DNA from: Candidatus Doudnabacteria bacterium
Lineage (GTDB): Bacteria > Patescibacteriota > Doudnabacteria > UBA920 > O2-02-FULL-48-8
DNA: 64,000 bases
Reading direction: 5' to 3'
NCBI GenBank assembly: GCA_037200925.1
Contig: JBBCGO010000001.1
Location: 760,235 to 824,234, forward strand
The notes beneath the pieces are model-generated. The model was not told the DNA's origin, did no database searches, and saw only the letters and a program-made list of their open reading frames with translations. Of the stretch, positions 10,228 to 22,000 are shown piece by piece. Numbering within the stretch: the stretch's first letter is position 1; the number at the start of each line of letters is the position of its first letter. The translations under genes were made by a program, and so were the position numbers.

Positions 10228-10959
10228 ATGTCAGCTTACTTAAAAAAATTTATTGAATATGCAGGCAAGTACGGATGGGTAATCAGCATCATATTGAGTG
10301 TTGCTGCTTTGGGATTCAGCGTATACAATTTACGTGTTTTGAAAATCAAGATTACTCAGCAAAATTCGCAGGCAGCAGCTGCGCCAGCTCCAGGAGGGGT
10401 GGCGGGGATATCAGTTGATAAGTTATTGGCGGGCATGAGCGGCAGCGAGCCTGTGCTCGGAGATAAAAACGCGCCGGTCACTATGTATGAGTTTGCCGAT
10501 TTCCAATGTCCTTTCTGCAAAAGATTTTTTGACAGCAGCCTGCCTGAGCTGAAGCAGAAATATGTTGATACCGGTAAGGTCAAGGTTATTTTCGTCAATG
10601 TGGCATTTTTAGGACAGGAATCCAAAGACGCGGCTGAAGCCGCCAAGTGCGCCTCTGACCAGGGTCAATTTTGGCCCTATCATGACAGTTTGTATGACAA
10701 CCAAAGCGGCGAAAACCAGGGAACTTTCAGTGCCGCCAAACTCCAAAGCCTGGCGAAGAACCTGCACCTTAACTTAAATGATTTTAACCAGTGCACCGCC
10801 AGCCACAAATATCAAAAAGCCGTGAGCGATGAAACTGACCTGGCAAACCAAAACGGCGTTTCCAGCACGCCCACTTTTTTAATTAACGGCCAGCAAATCA
10901 TCGGAGCCCAGCCGACAGCAACATTTGAACAAAAGCTTGATGATCTTTTAAAAAATTAA
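10228..10959 (+). CDS. Membrane-anchored DsbA-family thiol-disulfide oxidoreductase
   Basis: LGDKNAPVTMYEFADFQCPFC active site, GVSSTPTFLING cis-Pro loop, N-terminal TM. Confidence 0.92.
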   Translation: MSAYLKKFIEYAGKYGWVISIILSVAALGFSVYNLRVLKIKITQQNSQAAAAPAPGGVAGISVDKLLAGMSGSEPVLGDKNAPVTMYEFADFQCPFCKRFFDSSLPELKQKYVDTGKVKVIFVNVAFLGQESKDAAEAAKCASDQGQFWPYHDSLYDNQSGENQGTFSAAKLQSLAKNLHLNLNDFNQCTASHKYQKAVSDETDLANQNGVSSTPTFLINGQQIIGAQPTATFEQKLDDLLKN

Positions 10960-11798
10960 TGTCCCAATCCGTAAGCCTAACTGTTGCATTTTTAGGCGGA
11001 GTACTGACATTGCTCCCTGCTTGCGGGCCGGCTCTATTGCCGGCATTTTTTGGTTTTGTGTTCACTGAAAAACAAAAATTGGTTCTGGCCACGGTGTTTT
11101 TCGGTCTGGGGTTTGCCTTAGTTTTTTTTCCTTTCAGCTATGGGTTTAATTTTTTGGTCCATTTGTTGATTTATTCGCGGGAGGTTTTATTTGGCATCAT
11201 AGGCTGGCTGCTCGTAATTTTCGGTCTATTGTCGCTGTTTAATTTTTATTTGCCTTTATACTCAGGCGGAATCAGGCCTGTTCACAAGTTTTGGCAAACT
11301 TTTTTTTTGGGCATTATTTTTGGCCTGACAAGCAGCACTTGCACGGCTCCCATTTACGGGGCGATTTTGTCGTTGAATAGCTTGAGCTCAGGCTTTGTGC
11401 AAGTCAACCTGCTGCTCTTAAGCTTTATGGCCGGCATGATCATTCCGCTTTTGATCCTGGCAGGTCTTGTCGAACATTATGGATTGTTAAATTTAAGCAT
11501 CTTTCAAAAACCTGTTCTGAGAATAAATGTGGGCCATCGCATTTTTTCATTCTTTCTCGGCAATCTGCTGGCAGCGCTGGTTTTTATCCCTCTGGGATTT
11601 GCTTTTATCGTCTCAAAAGGCGGCGCACCATTCCTGTCCTTTGCCCAGTCAACGGGAATTTTGATAAAGTTTGAAACTTTGAACGAATCCCTGATCACTT
11701 ACAATGCGGCCCATCCCCATCTTGATTACTGGGTTTTGGGCTTATTGCTGGCATTTTGCCTGTTGCTGTGGTTAAATACATACAGGAATAAAGAGTGA
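10959..11798 (+). CDS. CcdA/DsbD-like transmembrane electron transporter
   Basis: AFLGGVLTLLPAC...LLP and STCTAP two-Cys motifs, multiple TM helices. Confidence 0.85.
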   Translation: MSQSVSLTVAFLGGVLTLLPACGPALLPAFFGFVFTEKQKLVLATVFFGLGFALVFFPFSYGFNFLVHLLIYSREVLFGIIGWLLVIFGLLSLFNFYLPLYSGGIRPVHKFWQTFFLGIIFGLTSSTCTAPIYGAILSLNSLSSGFVQVNLLLLSFMAGMIIPLLILAGLVEHYGLLNLSIFQKPVLRINVGHRIFSFFLGNLLAALVFIPLGFAFIVSKGGAPFLSFAQSTGILIKFETLNESLITYNAAHPHLDYWVLGLLLAFCLLLWLNTYRNKE

Positions 11799-12826
11799 TG
11801 CGAATAAATTTTAATTTGCCTGCGGCGGTTTTGATTATTTTTTTATTTGCCGCGGGGATTGGTATCGCTTTGCTTAGCTCTAAATCCATCCGGCAGCAAG
11901 CGGTTTCACTCGGCCTGCCGCCGATTGATCAGTTTCGGAACCTAAATTACCAAGATCAGCTGGATTTGATCAAGAGGGCTGCGGAAGCAGATCCGGTTAA
12001 GACATGGACTTATGTGAAATCGGCGTTTTTGATCAATGGCCAGCAGGCAGAGAATGCTCATGAGTTCGCTCATTTGGTCGGGAACGGGATGTACAGCAAG
12101 TATGGGCTTGATGGCATCACCAATTGCGATGAAACTTTTGGATTCGGCTGTTTCCACGGCGTCTCACAAGAACTGCTGGAACAAAAAGGCGTGTCCGTGG
12201 TCAAAGAAATCCAAAGCCGTTGCATTCAAATTTTCCCGCCTGATAAAACTCAGAATTATAACGGTTGTATCCATGGCATGGGGCACGGACTTCTGACCTG
12301 GGAACATTTCCAGGTCGGGAAAGCTCTGCTTGATTGTGATAATCTTGACCAACTTTACCAAAATTATTGTTATGACGGAGTGTTCATGGAACATGCATCG
12401 GATCTGGCCCAAAATGAATTTGATCCGGCGCATTCCTGGCAGTTTTGCTCGGCGCTTGCTGACAAATACCATTATAATTGCGCGCGGTATCAATCCCAGG
12501 TTTTTTTAACCCGGTTCGGCATCGATATTCCGAAGATCGGAGCTTATTGCGCGCAAGCGCCTGACGAAATATCCAGCTCCACGTGTTCCGAAAGTCTGGG
12601 TTATTATATTACTGACATGAATCTGGGTAAATTGCCGCAGATCTTACGATCTTGCAGTCAGATAAAGGGCGACGGTTCGTATCATTGCATCATTGGCGCT
12701 TCCCGGGAAGTCGCATTCCAAACTTATGTCGGATGGCAAGAAACGGCGGAAGCTTTGTGCGAAAGCCTGCCTGCTAATTGGAAAAATCAGTGCCCTACAA
12801 CCAGCCAATCTCTTGCTCCAATGTAA
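11795..12826 (+). CDS. Membrane-anchored Cys/His-rich repeat protein, function unknown
   Basis: N-terminal TM; HEFAHLVG, GCFHG, GCIHGMGHG, CYDGVFME motifs; many Cys. Confidence 0.7.
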   Translation: MMRINFNLPAAVLIIFLFAAGIGIALLSSKSIRQQAVSLGLPPIDQFRNLNYQDQLDLIKRAAEADPVKTWTYVKSAFLINGQQAENAHEFAHLVGNGMYSKYGLDGITNCDETFGFGCFHGVSQELLEQKGVSVVKEIQSRCIQIFPPDKTQNYNGCIHGMGHGLLTWEHFQVGKALLDCDNLDQLYQNYCYDGVFMEHASDLAQNEFDPAHSWQFCSALADKYHYNCARYQSQVFLTRFGIDIPKIGAYCAQAPDEISSSTCSESLGYYITDMNLGKLPQILRSCSQIKGDGSYHCIIGASREVAFQTYVGWQETAEALCESLPANWKNQCPTTSQSLAPM

Positions 12827-12830
12827 TTTT

Positions 12831-13997
12831 ATGATCGAATTTCGGCAAAAATTGAAAAAACCTAACTTTGTTTATTTCTGGGGGTTCTTAGCCGTTGTCT
12901 TCCTTGTCCTAGGATCGATCTTGTTTTTTGCGTCCAGGCTTATTATCAGGAGAAACGGACCGCTTCCGGTTTCGACAGCCGATGAGATCATTCAGATCAA
13001 AGATACCACGATTCTTACCGAACAAGTTGCATGGTACAAAAAATTGATCGAAAGGGTAGGCCCGTCCGAAGCTCAGGACGATCTGGTTAATTCCGGGCTG
13101 CCGTTTACCGGGCAAACCCATTTACTCAATCATACAGTGGGTGATTATCTGTACGAGAAGTTCGGGGTTACAGGGCTTTCGCAATGCAAAGAATATTTTC
13201 TGGCCTCCTGCTATCACGGATTTATACTGGACGCGATCGCCACGGGCGGCATTCCGGAAGTGGCGAAGGTCATGAATGCCTGCAGGACTGAGGGTGTCAG
13301 CACCGTTTTTCCGCAATGCTCCCACGCCGTGGGACATGGATTTCTCGCATTTGTCGGTTATAAAAATTTAACCCAATCACTGACCATGTGCGATGACATG
13401 GTTAAAAGCGTTCCCGATTTTCCGACCTTTAACTGCCAGGACGGCGTGTTTATGGAAAATATCTGGGCTCTGCACGACGGATCTGTTTCTGCCGATCGCT
13501 GGGTCAAACCTTCAGATCCGGTTTATCCCTGTGACGATTCCAGGATCGGCCAGAAATATTTGCTGGCCTGCTGGTCGAACCAGCCGTCGCTGATGTACCA
13601 GCAGTTTAGCGGCGATCTGAAAAAAGTGGCTGGCCAGTGCGGTATCTTGCAGCAAACCGACTTGCGGCAGATGTGTTACAACGGGCTTGCCAGGCAGATC
13701 CATCCGATCGCCGCCGGGAATCTGGATCAGACCTTTGACCTTTGCGGTTTGCTCGGGCGGACTTGGACCGATTACTGCATTCTGGTCAATGACACGGCTT
13801 CTTTTTCAGTCGGGGACAGGTCATTGCCGTTTGCGATCTGCGCCCGGATTGACGCTGCCAGCAAGGACAGCTGTTATCAACAACTGCTAGGCATGATCAA
13901 TGCCTATGCCAAAAGCTCCTCTGAACAGACTGATTGGTGCAATAAGATCGACAGTCCGACATGGAAAGACCAGTGTCAGGCGCAGCAAAGACAATAA
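12831..13997 (+). CDS. Membrane-anchored Cys/His-rich repeat protein, paralog of 11795..12826
   Basis: N-terminal TM; HLLNHTVG, SCYHG, CSHAVGHG, CQDGVFME motifs. Confidence 0.7.
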   Translation: MIEFRQKLKKPNFVYFWGFLAVVFLVLGSILFFASRLIIRRNGPLPVSTADEIIQIKDTTILTEQVAWYKKLIERVGPSEAQDDLVNSGLPFTGQTHLLNHTVGDYLYEKFGVTGLSQCKEYFLASCYHGFILDAIATGGIPEVAKVMNACRTEGVSTVFPQCSHAVGHGFLAFVGYKNLTQSLTMCDDMVKSVPDFPTFNCQDGVFMENIWALHDGSVSADRWVKPSDPVYPCDDSRIGQKYLLACWSNQPSLMYQQFSGDLKKVAGQCGILQQTDLRQMCYNGLARQIHPIAAGNLDQTFDLCGLLGRTWTDYCILVNDTASFSVGDRSLPFAICARIDAASKDSCYQQLLGMINAYAKSSSEQTDWCNKIDSPTWKDQCQAQQRQ

Positions 13998-14110
13998 AAT
14001 ATCTTTCTCCTTGACAGATTTACTTTTATGTTGTTTAATTTTATGAAATTGCTTGAGTTTTGAATATAACTGATAATAAGTGTTATAATATAAAATATAA
14101 ACAAACCATT

Positions 14111-14818
14111 ATGAGAAACAGAAATAAAAACTATAGGCAAAGCGGGCAAACCCTTATCGAAACCATCGTAGCGATTTTCATTTTGACCACAGCGCTAACC
14201 GCGGGGCTGGGGCTGGCAATATATGCTTTTTCCAGCGCAACTACGTCACAAAACGAAATTGTTGCCTCTAATTTGGCCCGCGAAGGTGTTGAAATCGTGC
14301 GGATGATGCGCGATTCCAACTGGCTGGCAGCTGATGCCAAGGATCCTACGAGTGTACAGGGCTGGGGATTGCAGTCATGTGCTGACCTCATTGGCGGCAG
14401 GCTTTGCTACCCCAAAGTCTATCAGGCTGTTCCCGGATACAATACCTATAATCTTACTTCCGGTAATCAGCGGGCGATTTTTGCCCCTAACCCTACGACT
14501 TCCACCTGGTCGTTAGATGCTACGGCTAATTATGATCTGTATCTGCAGGCCGACGGCACTTATTCCTCCACAGCCAACGGTCAGGCCGTTTTTGCCCGCA
14601 TGATTAACATCAGATTTAATCCTCCGGACGCTGGCACTCCTTCGGTCCCCGCTAATACTTATACTTTTCAGAATCCGGAGATGATCGTAAAATCCGTTGT
14701 GGCATGGCGGGGAAAAAGCTGCCCGTCCTTTAGTTCCAATCAAGATCTTTTGGCATTATCTTCGTCCTGCAAGGTCGTGGTCGAGGAGCATATGACCAAT
14801 TGGAAGGACTATAGGTAG
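14111..14818 (+). CDS. Minor pilin (PilV-like)
   Basis: G|QTLIETIVAI leader; ASNLAREGVEIVRMMRDSN pattern. Confidence 0.8.
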   Translation: MRNRNKNYRQSGQTLIETIVAIFILTTALTAGLGLAIYAFSSATTSQNEIVASNLAREGVEIVRMMRDSNWLAADAKDPTSVQGWGLQSCADLIGGRLCYPKVYQAVPGYNTYNLTSGNQRAIFAPNPTTSTWSLDATANYDLYLQADGTYSSTANGQAVFARMINIRFNPPDAGTPSVPANTYTFQNPEMIVKSVVAWRGKSCPSFSSNQDLLALSSSCKVVVEEHMTNWKDYR

Positions 14819-14820
14819 AA

Positions 14821-15414
14821 ATGCCAAATAACAAATTCCAAATACCGAATAAAATCTCAAATTTTAAAATTGGGAAGTCTCAATCGGCGTTCACGCTGAT
14901 TGAGACGGTAGTCGCCACGGCTGTGTTCGCTTTTGTCGTGACTTCAATTCTGGGTGTATATATATCAACCATCCAGCTGGACCGCAAAAGCCGGGCGCAG
15001 AGAGCCGTGGCCCAGGACGCCCGGTTCATCATGGAGTTCTTAGCCAAAGAGGTCCGCAACGGGACCATCAATTACCCAAGTTACGCATCAAGCACGGTTT
15101 CCGGCACCAGTGACTTATATATCCAGAACCAGGCCAACGTAGTTGAGCACTTTTTTTTGAGCGGAACGAACATGCTCATAAACAAAGGCGGGGCCAACGC
15201 TAATATGAATTCCAGCGGCACAAAGGTTACCAATCTGCTGTTTTATATCCAGCCCACAACCGATCCCTATACACCGGCCAAGAGCGCTAACGATCAGCCT
15301 CATGTGACAGTGGTCCTGGATCTGCAGTCAAACTACGGAACTGCGGCCAAAGACACCGTGACCATGAGCCTGCAGGACTCGTTTGCTATCAGTCGGTATA
15401 CAAGCAGGAGATGA
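14821..15414 (+). CDS. Minor pilin (PilW-like), short copy
   Basis: A|FTLIETVVA leader; MEFLAKEVRNG pattern. Confidence 0.8.
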   Translation: MPNNKFQIPNKISNFKIGKSQSAFTLIETVVATAVFAFVVTSILGVYISTIQLDRKSRAQRAVAQDARFIMEFLAKEVRNGTINYPSYASSTVSGTSDLYIQNQANVVEHFFLSGTNMLINKGGANANMNSSGTKVTNLLFYIQPTTDPYTPAKSANDQPHVTVVLDLQSNYGTAAKDTVTMSLQDSFAISRYTSRR

Positions 15415-16017
15415 TCGCAAAATCTTTTGGCATTATCTTTGTCCCGTAAACAAACCCGCAGCCTGAAAGCGCTATGAATCTAAAACCTATAACCCGTAAC
15501 CTGAGATCTGATTCAGGCTTTACCCTGATCGAAGCGGTAGTCGCCACGGCTGTGTTCGCTTTTGTCGTGACTTCAATTCTGGGTGTATATATATCAACCA
15601 TCCAGCTGGACCGCAAAAGCCGGGCGCAGAGAGCCGTGGCCCAGGACGCCCGGTTCATCATGGAGTTCTTAGCCAAAGAGGTCCGCAACGGGACCATCAA
15701 TTACCCAAGTTACGCATCAAGCACGGTTTCCGGCACCAGTGACTTATATATCCAGAACCAGGCCAACGTAGTTGAGCACTTTTTTTTGAGCGGAACGAAC
15801 ATGCTCATAAACAAAGGCGGGGCCAACGCTAATATGAATTCCAGCGGCACAAAGGTTACCAATCTGCTGTTTTATATCCAGCCCACAACCGATCCCTATA
15901 CACCGGCCAAGAGCGCTAACGATCAGCCTCATGTGACAGTGGTCCTGGATCTGCAGTCAAACTACGGAACTGCGGCCAAAGACACCGTGACCATGAGCCT
16001 GCAGGACTCGTTTGCTA
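14906..16017 (+). repeat. 483-bp direct repeat (14906-15388 = 15535-16017)
   Basis: The two copies read identical by eye, offset 629 bp; both encode the same PilW-like pilin domain. Confidence 0.9.
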
Positions 16018-19000
16018 CAAGGCAATATCCGCTCCGGGTGTTTGGCGCAGGTTATACCACTCCTCTCTATACCACCCCTACTTACCCGACTCCGGCTTCA
16101 GGATTCGCCACCGGCGGCGCTGTCAGTACCAGTGGTTCAAATACTGTCCGTACTTTTAGTACAAGCGACACACTTACGGTTTTCAGCGCAGGGACGATTC
16201 AATACCTGATAGTTGCCGGCGGCGGCGGCGGCGGACAAGCTGACGGCGCCGGTGGTGGTGCCGGAGGAGTGATTACAGGACAGATGTCAATTGCGGCGGG
16301 TACCTACCCTATAATTGTGGGCGGCGGGGGCACAGGTGCCACAGGCAGTTGTCTAATTTCTGGAGACACTGGTAGCTCAGGGTCAAACTCGAGTTTTCAT
16401 GGTCTCACTGCTATCGCCGGCGGCGGCGGCGGCAGTTATGGTACCAGCGGTCTCAATGGCGGCTCAGGCGGCGGGGGCGGCGCAGGCAATGGTGCTGCCA
16501 CTGCCGGGCTTGGAACACCTAACCAAGGACATGACGGCATGAACTCAAACAATCCTCCTTTTGGCGGCGGCGGCGGCGGTGCTACGGCGGTTGGTGGTGG
16601 TTGGACTGCTGCAGCCGGCATCGGTGGCGCTGGAATACCTTCCGATATCACCGGCGCGACTGTTTACTACGGCGGCGGCGGCGGTGGTGGTGCTAATAGT
16701 GCCAACGGATCTGGCGGTACCGGAGGAGTTGGCGGCGGCGGCACTGGCGGTACCGGCGGCGGCGGCGGCAATGGCATCAACGGTACAGGCGGCGGCGGCG
16801 GAGGAGGAGGCCGCATCAATACCGTTCCTAATCCTACCTGCAGCGGCGGCGGCACTGGCGGCAATGGCGTTGTACTCATTCGCTATCTGACAAATCCCGA
16901 TATTACTCCTCCGGTTGTCACAGCTTTTGATGTTCAGCCAAAATTTACTTCAGGCGCGGTTACCGCAACTTTCACAACCACTGACTCTGGAGGCTCGCAT
17001 CTGAAGGATGCTGAGCTTTGGCGGGCCACTGCCCGATCCAACTGCACGACTACAGATGACTCCGGCTGTAATGATTGGGCTGCTGTGGAAAGCGAAGTCG
17101 CCGTGAGCGACGTTGTATGGACAAGTTTGGTAAATACGACTGCTACCGGAAATACTCTGACAAAAACCGGCGGAGCGGTCGGTACCAATGATGCGGGAGC
17201 CGTTTCGACTCGGACCATCGACTCCGGTGACGGTTATGTGGAATTCACTTACAACGGCAGCGGTTTTGGCGGCTTTGTGGATGGGGGATTAAGCAATGGA
17301 AATACTGACCAGAGTGTTGCCGATATAGATTTTGGAATAAAGCTGCAGCAAAGTAATTTTTTCTATGCTGAGGAAAATGGAGTGCCTAAAGGCTCTGCCG
17401 GCTCTTATGTTGTCGGGGATGTATTCAGAATCGCAGTTGTAGGAGGCGTAGTCCAATATTCGAGGAACGGGACGGTATTTTATACCAGCGTTCAATCGCC
17501 GACTTACCCCTTGTTATTTGATACATCCATAAAAGAACTTAATAGTTCAATCGCTAATGCCAAGATAGCCTCAACAGTCTCAGATTCCTGGACCGGAAAT
17601 CTTACCGATACTCCTCCGGCCAATATTGCCGAAGTTTACGGACTGCGTGTCCATGACAATGCGGGAAACACAGGATTCCAGCAGACGAAGATAATGGTCG
17701 GCGAAGTTACCCCGCCTGTCGTCACAGCGTTTGACGTTCAGCCCAGAACTACTTCAGGTTCAGTTACCGCCACATTTACGGCCACTGATTCCGGAGGCTC
17801 GCATCTGAAGAATGCCGAGCTTTGGCGCGCTACTGCCCGAACCAACTGCACGATTTCGGATAATTCCGGCTGCAATGATTGGGCTGTTGCGGCAAACACA
17901 ACCATTCCCGCCAATAATGTTGTATGGACAAGCGCGGTAAATGCGACTGCGACAGGAAACACTCTGACAAAAACCGGCGGAACGGATGGAACCTATGACG
18001 CAGGAGCTGTTTCGACCCAGACCATCGGCACTGATGGCGGTTATGTGGAATTCACTTACGCGAGCGGTACCGGCTTGATGGCCGGCGGATTAAGCAATGG
18101 AAATACTGATCAGAGTGATGCCGATATAGATTTTGGAATAAAGCTGCAACAAAGTAGTTTTTTCTATGTTTATGAAAAAGGAGTACAAAAAGGCAGTACA
18201 GGCACTTATGCTGTCGGGGATGTATTCAGAATCGCAGTTGTAGGAGGCGTAGTCCAATATTCAAGGAACGGGACGGTATTTTATACCAGCGTTCAATCGC
18301 CGACTTACCCCTTGTTATTTGATACATCCATAGGCGGCAGTAATAATTCAATCTCTAATGCCAAGATTTATTATCCCTCCTTAGATTCCTGGTCGGGTAC
18401 CATGACTGATACTCCTCCCACCGATACCTCATACATCTATGGCGTGCACGTTTATGACTATTCGGGAAACTTTGGACTGGAACCTGCCAAGATCTTTGTG
18501 AGCTCAACCTCATACGGTGTCACAACTTCCGGTTTTTATACCGTATATACGTTTACGATAAGCGGCACGTTTACGGTTGCATCTCCGCAAAGTGTCCAAG
18601 TTCTGGTGGTGGGCGGAGGCGGAGGCGGCAGCGGCAGTGCTAGCGGTGGCGGTGGCGGAGGAGGAGGAGCCGGCGGTTATAATTACAATGCGAATTATAG
18701 TGTGACTCCAGGTTCATACTCTGTCACAGTAGGTGCCGGAGGTGCTGGAGGCGTTGCCAATGTCCGTGCCAATGCACCAAATGGTTCTAATTCAAGTTTC
18801 GGAACCATCACCTCTATCGGTGGTGGTGGCGGCAATGGTTGGACTGATCCGAAAGCTTCTAATGGCGGTTCGGGTGGCGGAGCGGAATGGGGTGATACAG
18901 TCGGATTAGGCACAGCCGGCCAGGGGAACAATGGCGGTCTTGCCTCTACTACTGCTCCTGCCTCCGGCGGCGGAGGCGGCGGAGGCGCAGGTGCGGTTGG

Positions 19001-22000
19001 AGGAGCCGGCTCTAGCACAAATGGCGGAAATGGGGGAATTGGTCTTGCAAATTCCATCACCGGTACGTCTGTCTACTATGCCGGCGGCGGCGGCGGCGGC
19101 TCAACCAATGCTGCAGGATCTGCAAGCGCCGGCGGCCTTGGCGGCGGCGGCGTCGGAGGAAAAGTTTCTGCCGGGTCGCCCGGAACTGCCGGCACAGGCG
19201 GAGGCGGCGGTTCAGGCTCGAATGGGCTTGCCGGCGGCGCAGGAGGCAGCGGTATTGTGATCATCAGTTTTCTTACAACCCCGGATACGACGCTTCCTGT
19301 AGTATCTGCTTTTGACGTACAACCCAGGACAGCATCAAGTTCTGTTACTGCCACATTCACTGCCACTGATAGCGGAGGCTCGCATCTGCAGAAAGCAAAT
19401 CTAATGAGAGCGGTTTACGACGCTTCCACTTGTACAACCACGGTCAATACCGGTTGTGTATGGTCTGTTGCATCAACTATCACCGCTCCAGCGGCTGCAG
19501 ATACTTGGAACGCCGGATCATCACCGCCGGCAATGTTTTCTGAAATTCCTCCGGCCGCATCTTATATCTATGGCATTCAAGTCTATGACAATGCGGGAAA
19601 CTTTGGTCTTGAGCCTGCAAAGATCAAAGTTGATGCATTCGGATTATCAGCCTCCGGCGGTACCATTACAACCTCAGGCGGAGTTACGACTGCGACATTC
19701 ACAACCAGCGGTACATTTACGGTTAGCGGTTCCGGGACAATTGATTATCTTGTGGTCGGCGGCGGCGGAGCCGGTGGTGCGGGCGGCGGTGTTGGCGGCG
19801 GCGGCGGCGGAGCCGGTGGCGTGTTCAGCGGTTCCATGGCCGTTACTGCTCAAGCCTACCCTATAACAATTGGTGCCGGCGGTGCCGGAGGAGGAGCGGC
19901 CGTAGGCCCCAAGGGCTCCAATACAGTATTTGGAGCTATCACAGCTCTCGGCGGCGGCGGCGGCGGTAATTATTGTAATAATGCTACAAATGGCGCTTCA
20001 GGCGGAGGCGGCTCTTATAACTGTACTGCTGGAACGGGTACGGCAGGTCAAGGGCATGATGGCGGAGCGGGTAGTACTGACTCGCCATACGGCGGCGGCG
20101 GCGGCGGCGGGGTTAGCGGCAGTGGCGGAGCCGGCAGCAATACAAACGGCGGTGCCGGCGGAGCCGGTATTGCAAGTTCTATCACGGGTTCGCCTGTCTT
20201 CTATGGCGGCGGCGGCGGGGGCAGTATCTCAAGCGGTCCTCCTGGTCCTGGCGGCTCAGGCGGCGGGGGAGCTGGCGGAAGCGGCGCTAGTAACGGAACA
20301 AATGCGACCCCCAACACGGGCGGCGGCGGCGGTTCAGGCAGCGGTGCCGGCGGCAGCGGCGTAGTTATTATTCGTTATATTTCACCTGTAGTGGAGGGCA
20401 TTGCCCCGGTCGTTTCAGCTTTCGATGTGCAGCCGAGAAGCGGTTCAAATTTAGCTACTGCAACGTTCACAGCCACTGATGCCGGAGGCTCGCATCTACA
20501 GAAAGCTGACCTCTGGAGAGCTCCTTATGATGCCAGTGTTTGCAATCCTGCGGGCAGTACTGCCGGATGTAATTTCGGTGCATCTCCGGTAGATTCAGTC
20601 AATGCTCCGCCCGCCTCGGATGGCCCATGGAACGGCACCTTGCATGATTATGCCGTCGGGTCTTTGGTCTATGGCCTCCATGTATATGACAATTCAGGCA
20701 ATACCGGATTTGAGCCCGCAAAGATCAAAGTTGACGGTCATGCGGCATTCGCCACAGGCGGCACTATTACAACTTCTGGTATTTATGCGATCCATACTTT
20801 TACCTCAAGCGGTACATTCACGGTTATTGGATCGTCCCCCGCATCAGTTGATTATCTTGTGATCGGCGGCGGCGGAGCGGGCGGTGGTGCCGGCAATCCG
20901 GGCGGCGGCGGCGGTGGTGCCGGCGGCATGCGTAACGGTTCGCTGGCAGTTAGCCCTCAATCCTACACAGTAACAATCGGCGGAGGAGGTGCGAGCGTCG
21001 GCGCGAATGGTTCTAATTCTGTATTTGGATCTATCACTGCTCTCGGTGGCGGTGGCGGTGGCACTTATGGTTCTGCTGCTGCAAGTGGCGGGTCGGGTGG
21101 TGGCGGCTCTTATACCTATTCCGTTGGAAATGGTACGTCCGGTCAGGGTAACAATGGCGGATCAGGTACTACTAATTCTCCTTACGGAGCCGGCGGCGGC
21201 GGCGGCGCGGGTGCTGTTGGAGGAGCCGGCAGCGCTTCTGTTGGCGGAACCGGCGGAGCCGGTGCTTCGAGTACCATTTCCGGCGCAACTGTCTTCTATG
21301 CCGGCGGCGGCGGAGGTAATGTCTCAAGCGGTACTTCGGGTCCTGGCGGCGCCGGCGGCGGCGGAGCGGGCGGCCTCGGCGGCGCCGGAACAAATGGGAC
21401 CGCCAATACAGGAGGAGGCGGCGGCGGCGGCAGCGGTTCCGGCGGCAGCGGCATTGTTATTATTCGTTATCTTATACCGGTTCTAGAAGCCACTCCTCCG
21501 GTCGTTTCAGCCTTTGATGTGCAGCCGAGAAATGGTTCAAACGCAGTTACCGCAACTTTCACAGCCACTGATGCCGGAGGATCGCATCTTCTGAAAGCTG
21601 ACCTCTGGAAAGCTGTCTATGATGTCAGCAACTGCAATCCTGCGGGCAGCACTGCCGGCTGTAACTTCGGAGCAACTCCGGTAAACTCAGTCAATGCTCC
21701 GGCTGGCTCGGATGGCCCATGGAGCAGCTCTATGCTTGATAATGCCGCGGGGTCTGTGGTCTATGGCCTGCATGTTTATGACAATTCTGGCAATACCGGA
21801 TTTGAGCCGGCAAAGATCAGAGTTGATGCCCCGGCAGCATTCGCCACAGGTGGCACTATTACAAGTTCTGGCTTCAATGAGATCCATACCTTTACGTCGA
21901 GTGGGACTTTCACGCCCAGCGGTTCCGGGTCGATTCAATATCTGATAGTCGGCGGCGGAGGCGCAGGAGGCAGCGGCAGCGGCGGCACGGGCGGCGGCGG

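Noticed and set aside
14906-16017. Diversity-generating retroelement template/variable repeat pair
   Set aside because: Copies look identical with no adenine-specific mismatches, both are in 5' coding regions, and there is no reverse transcriptase in the window.
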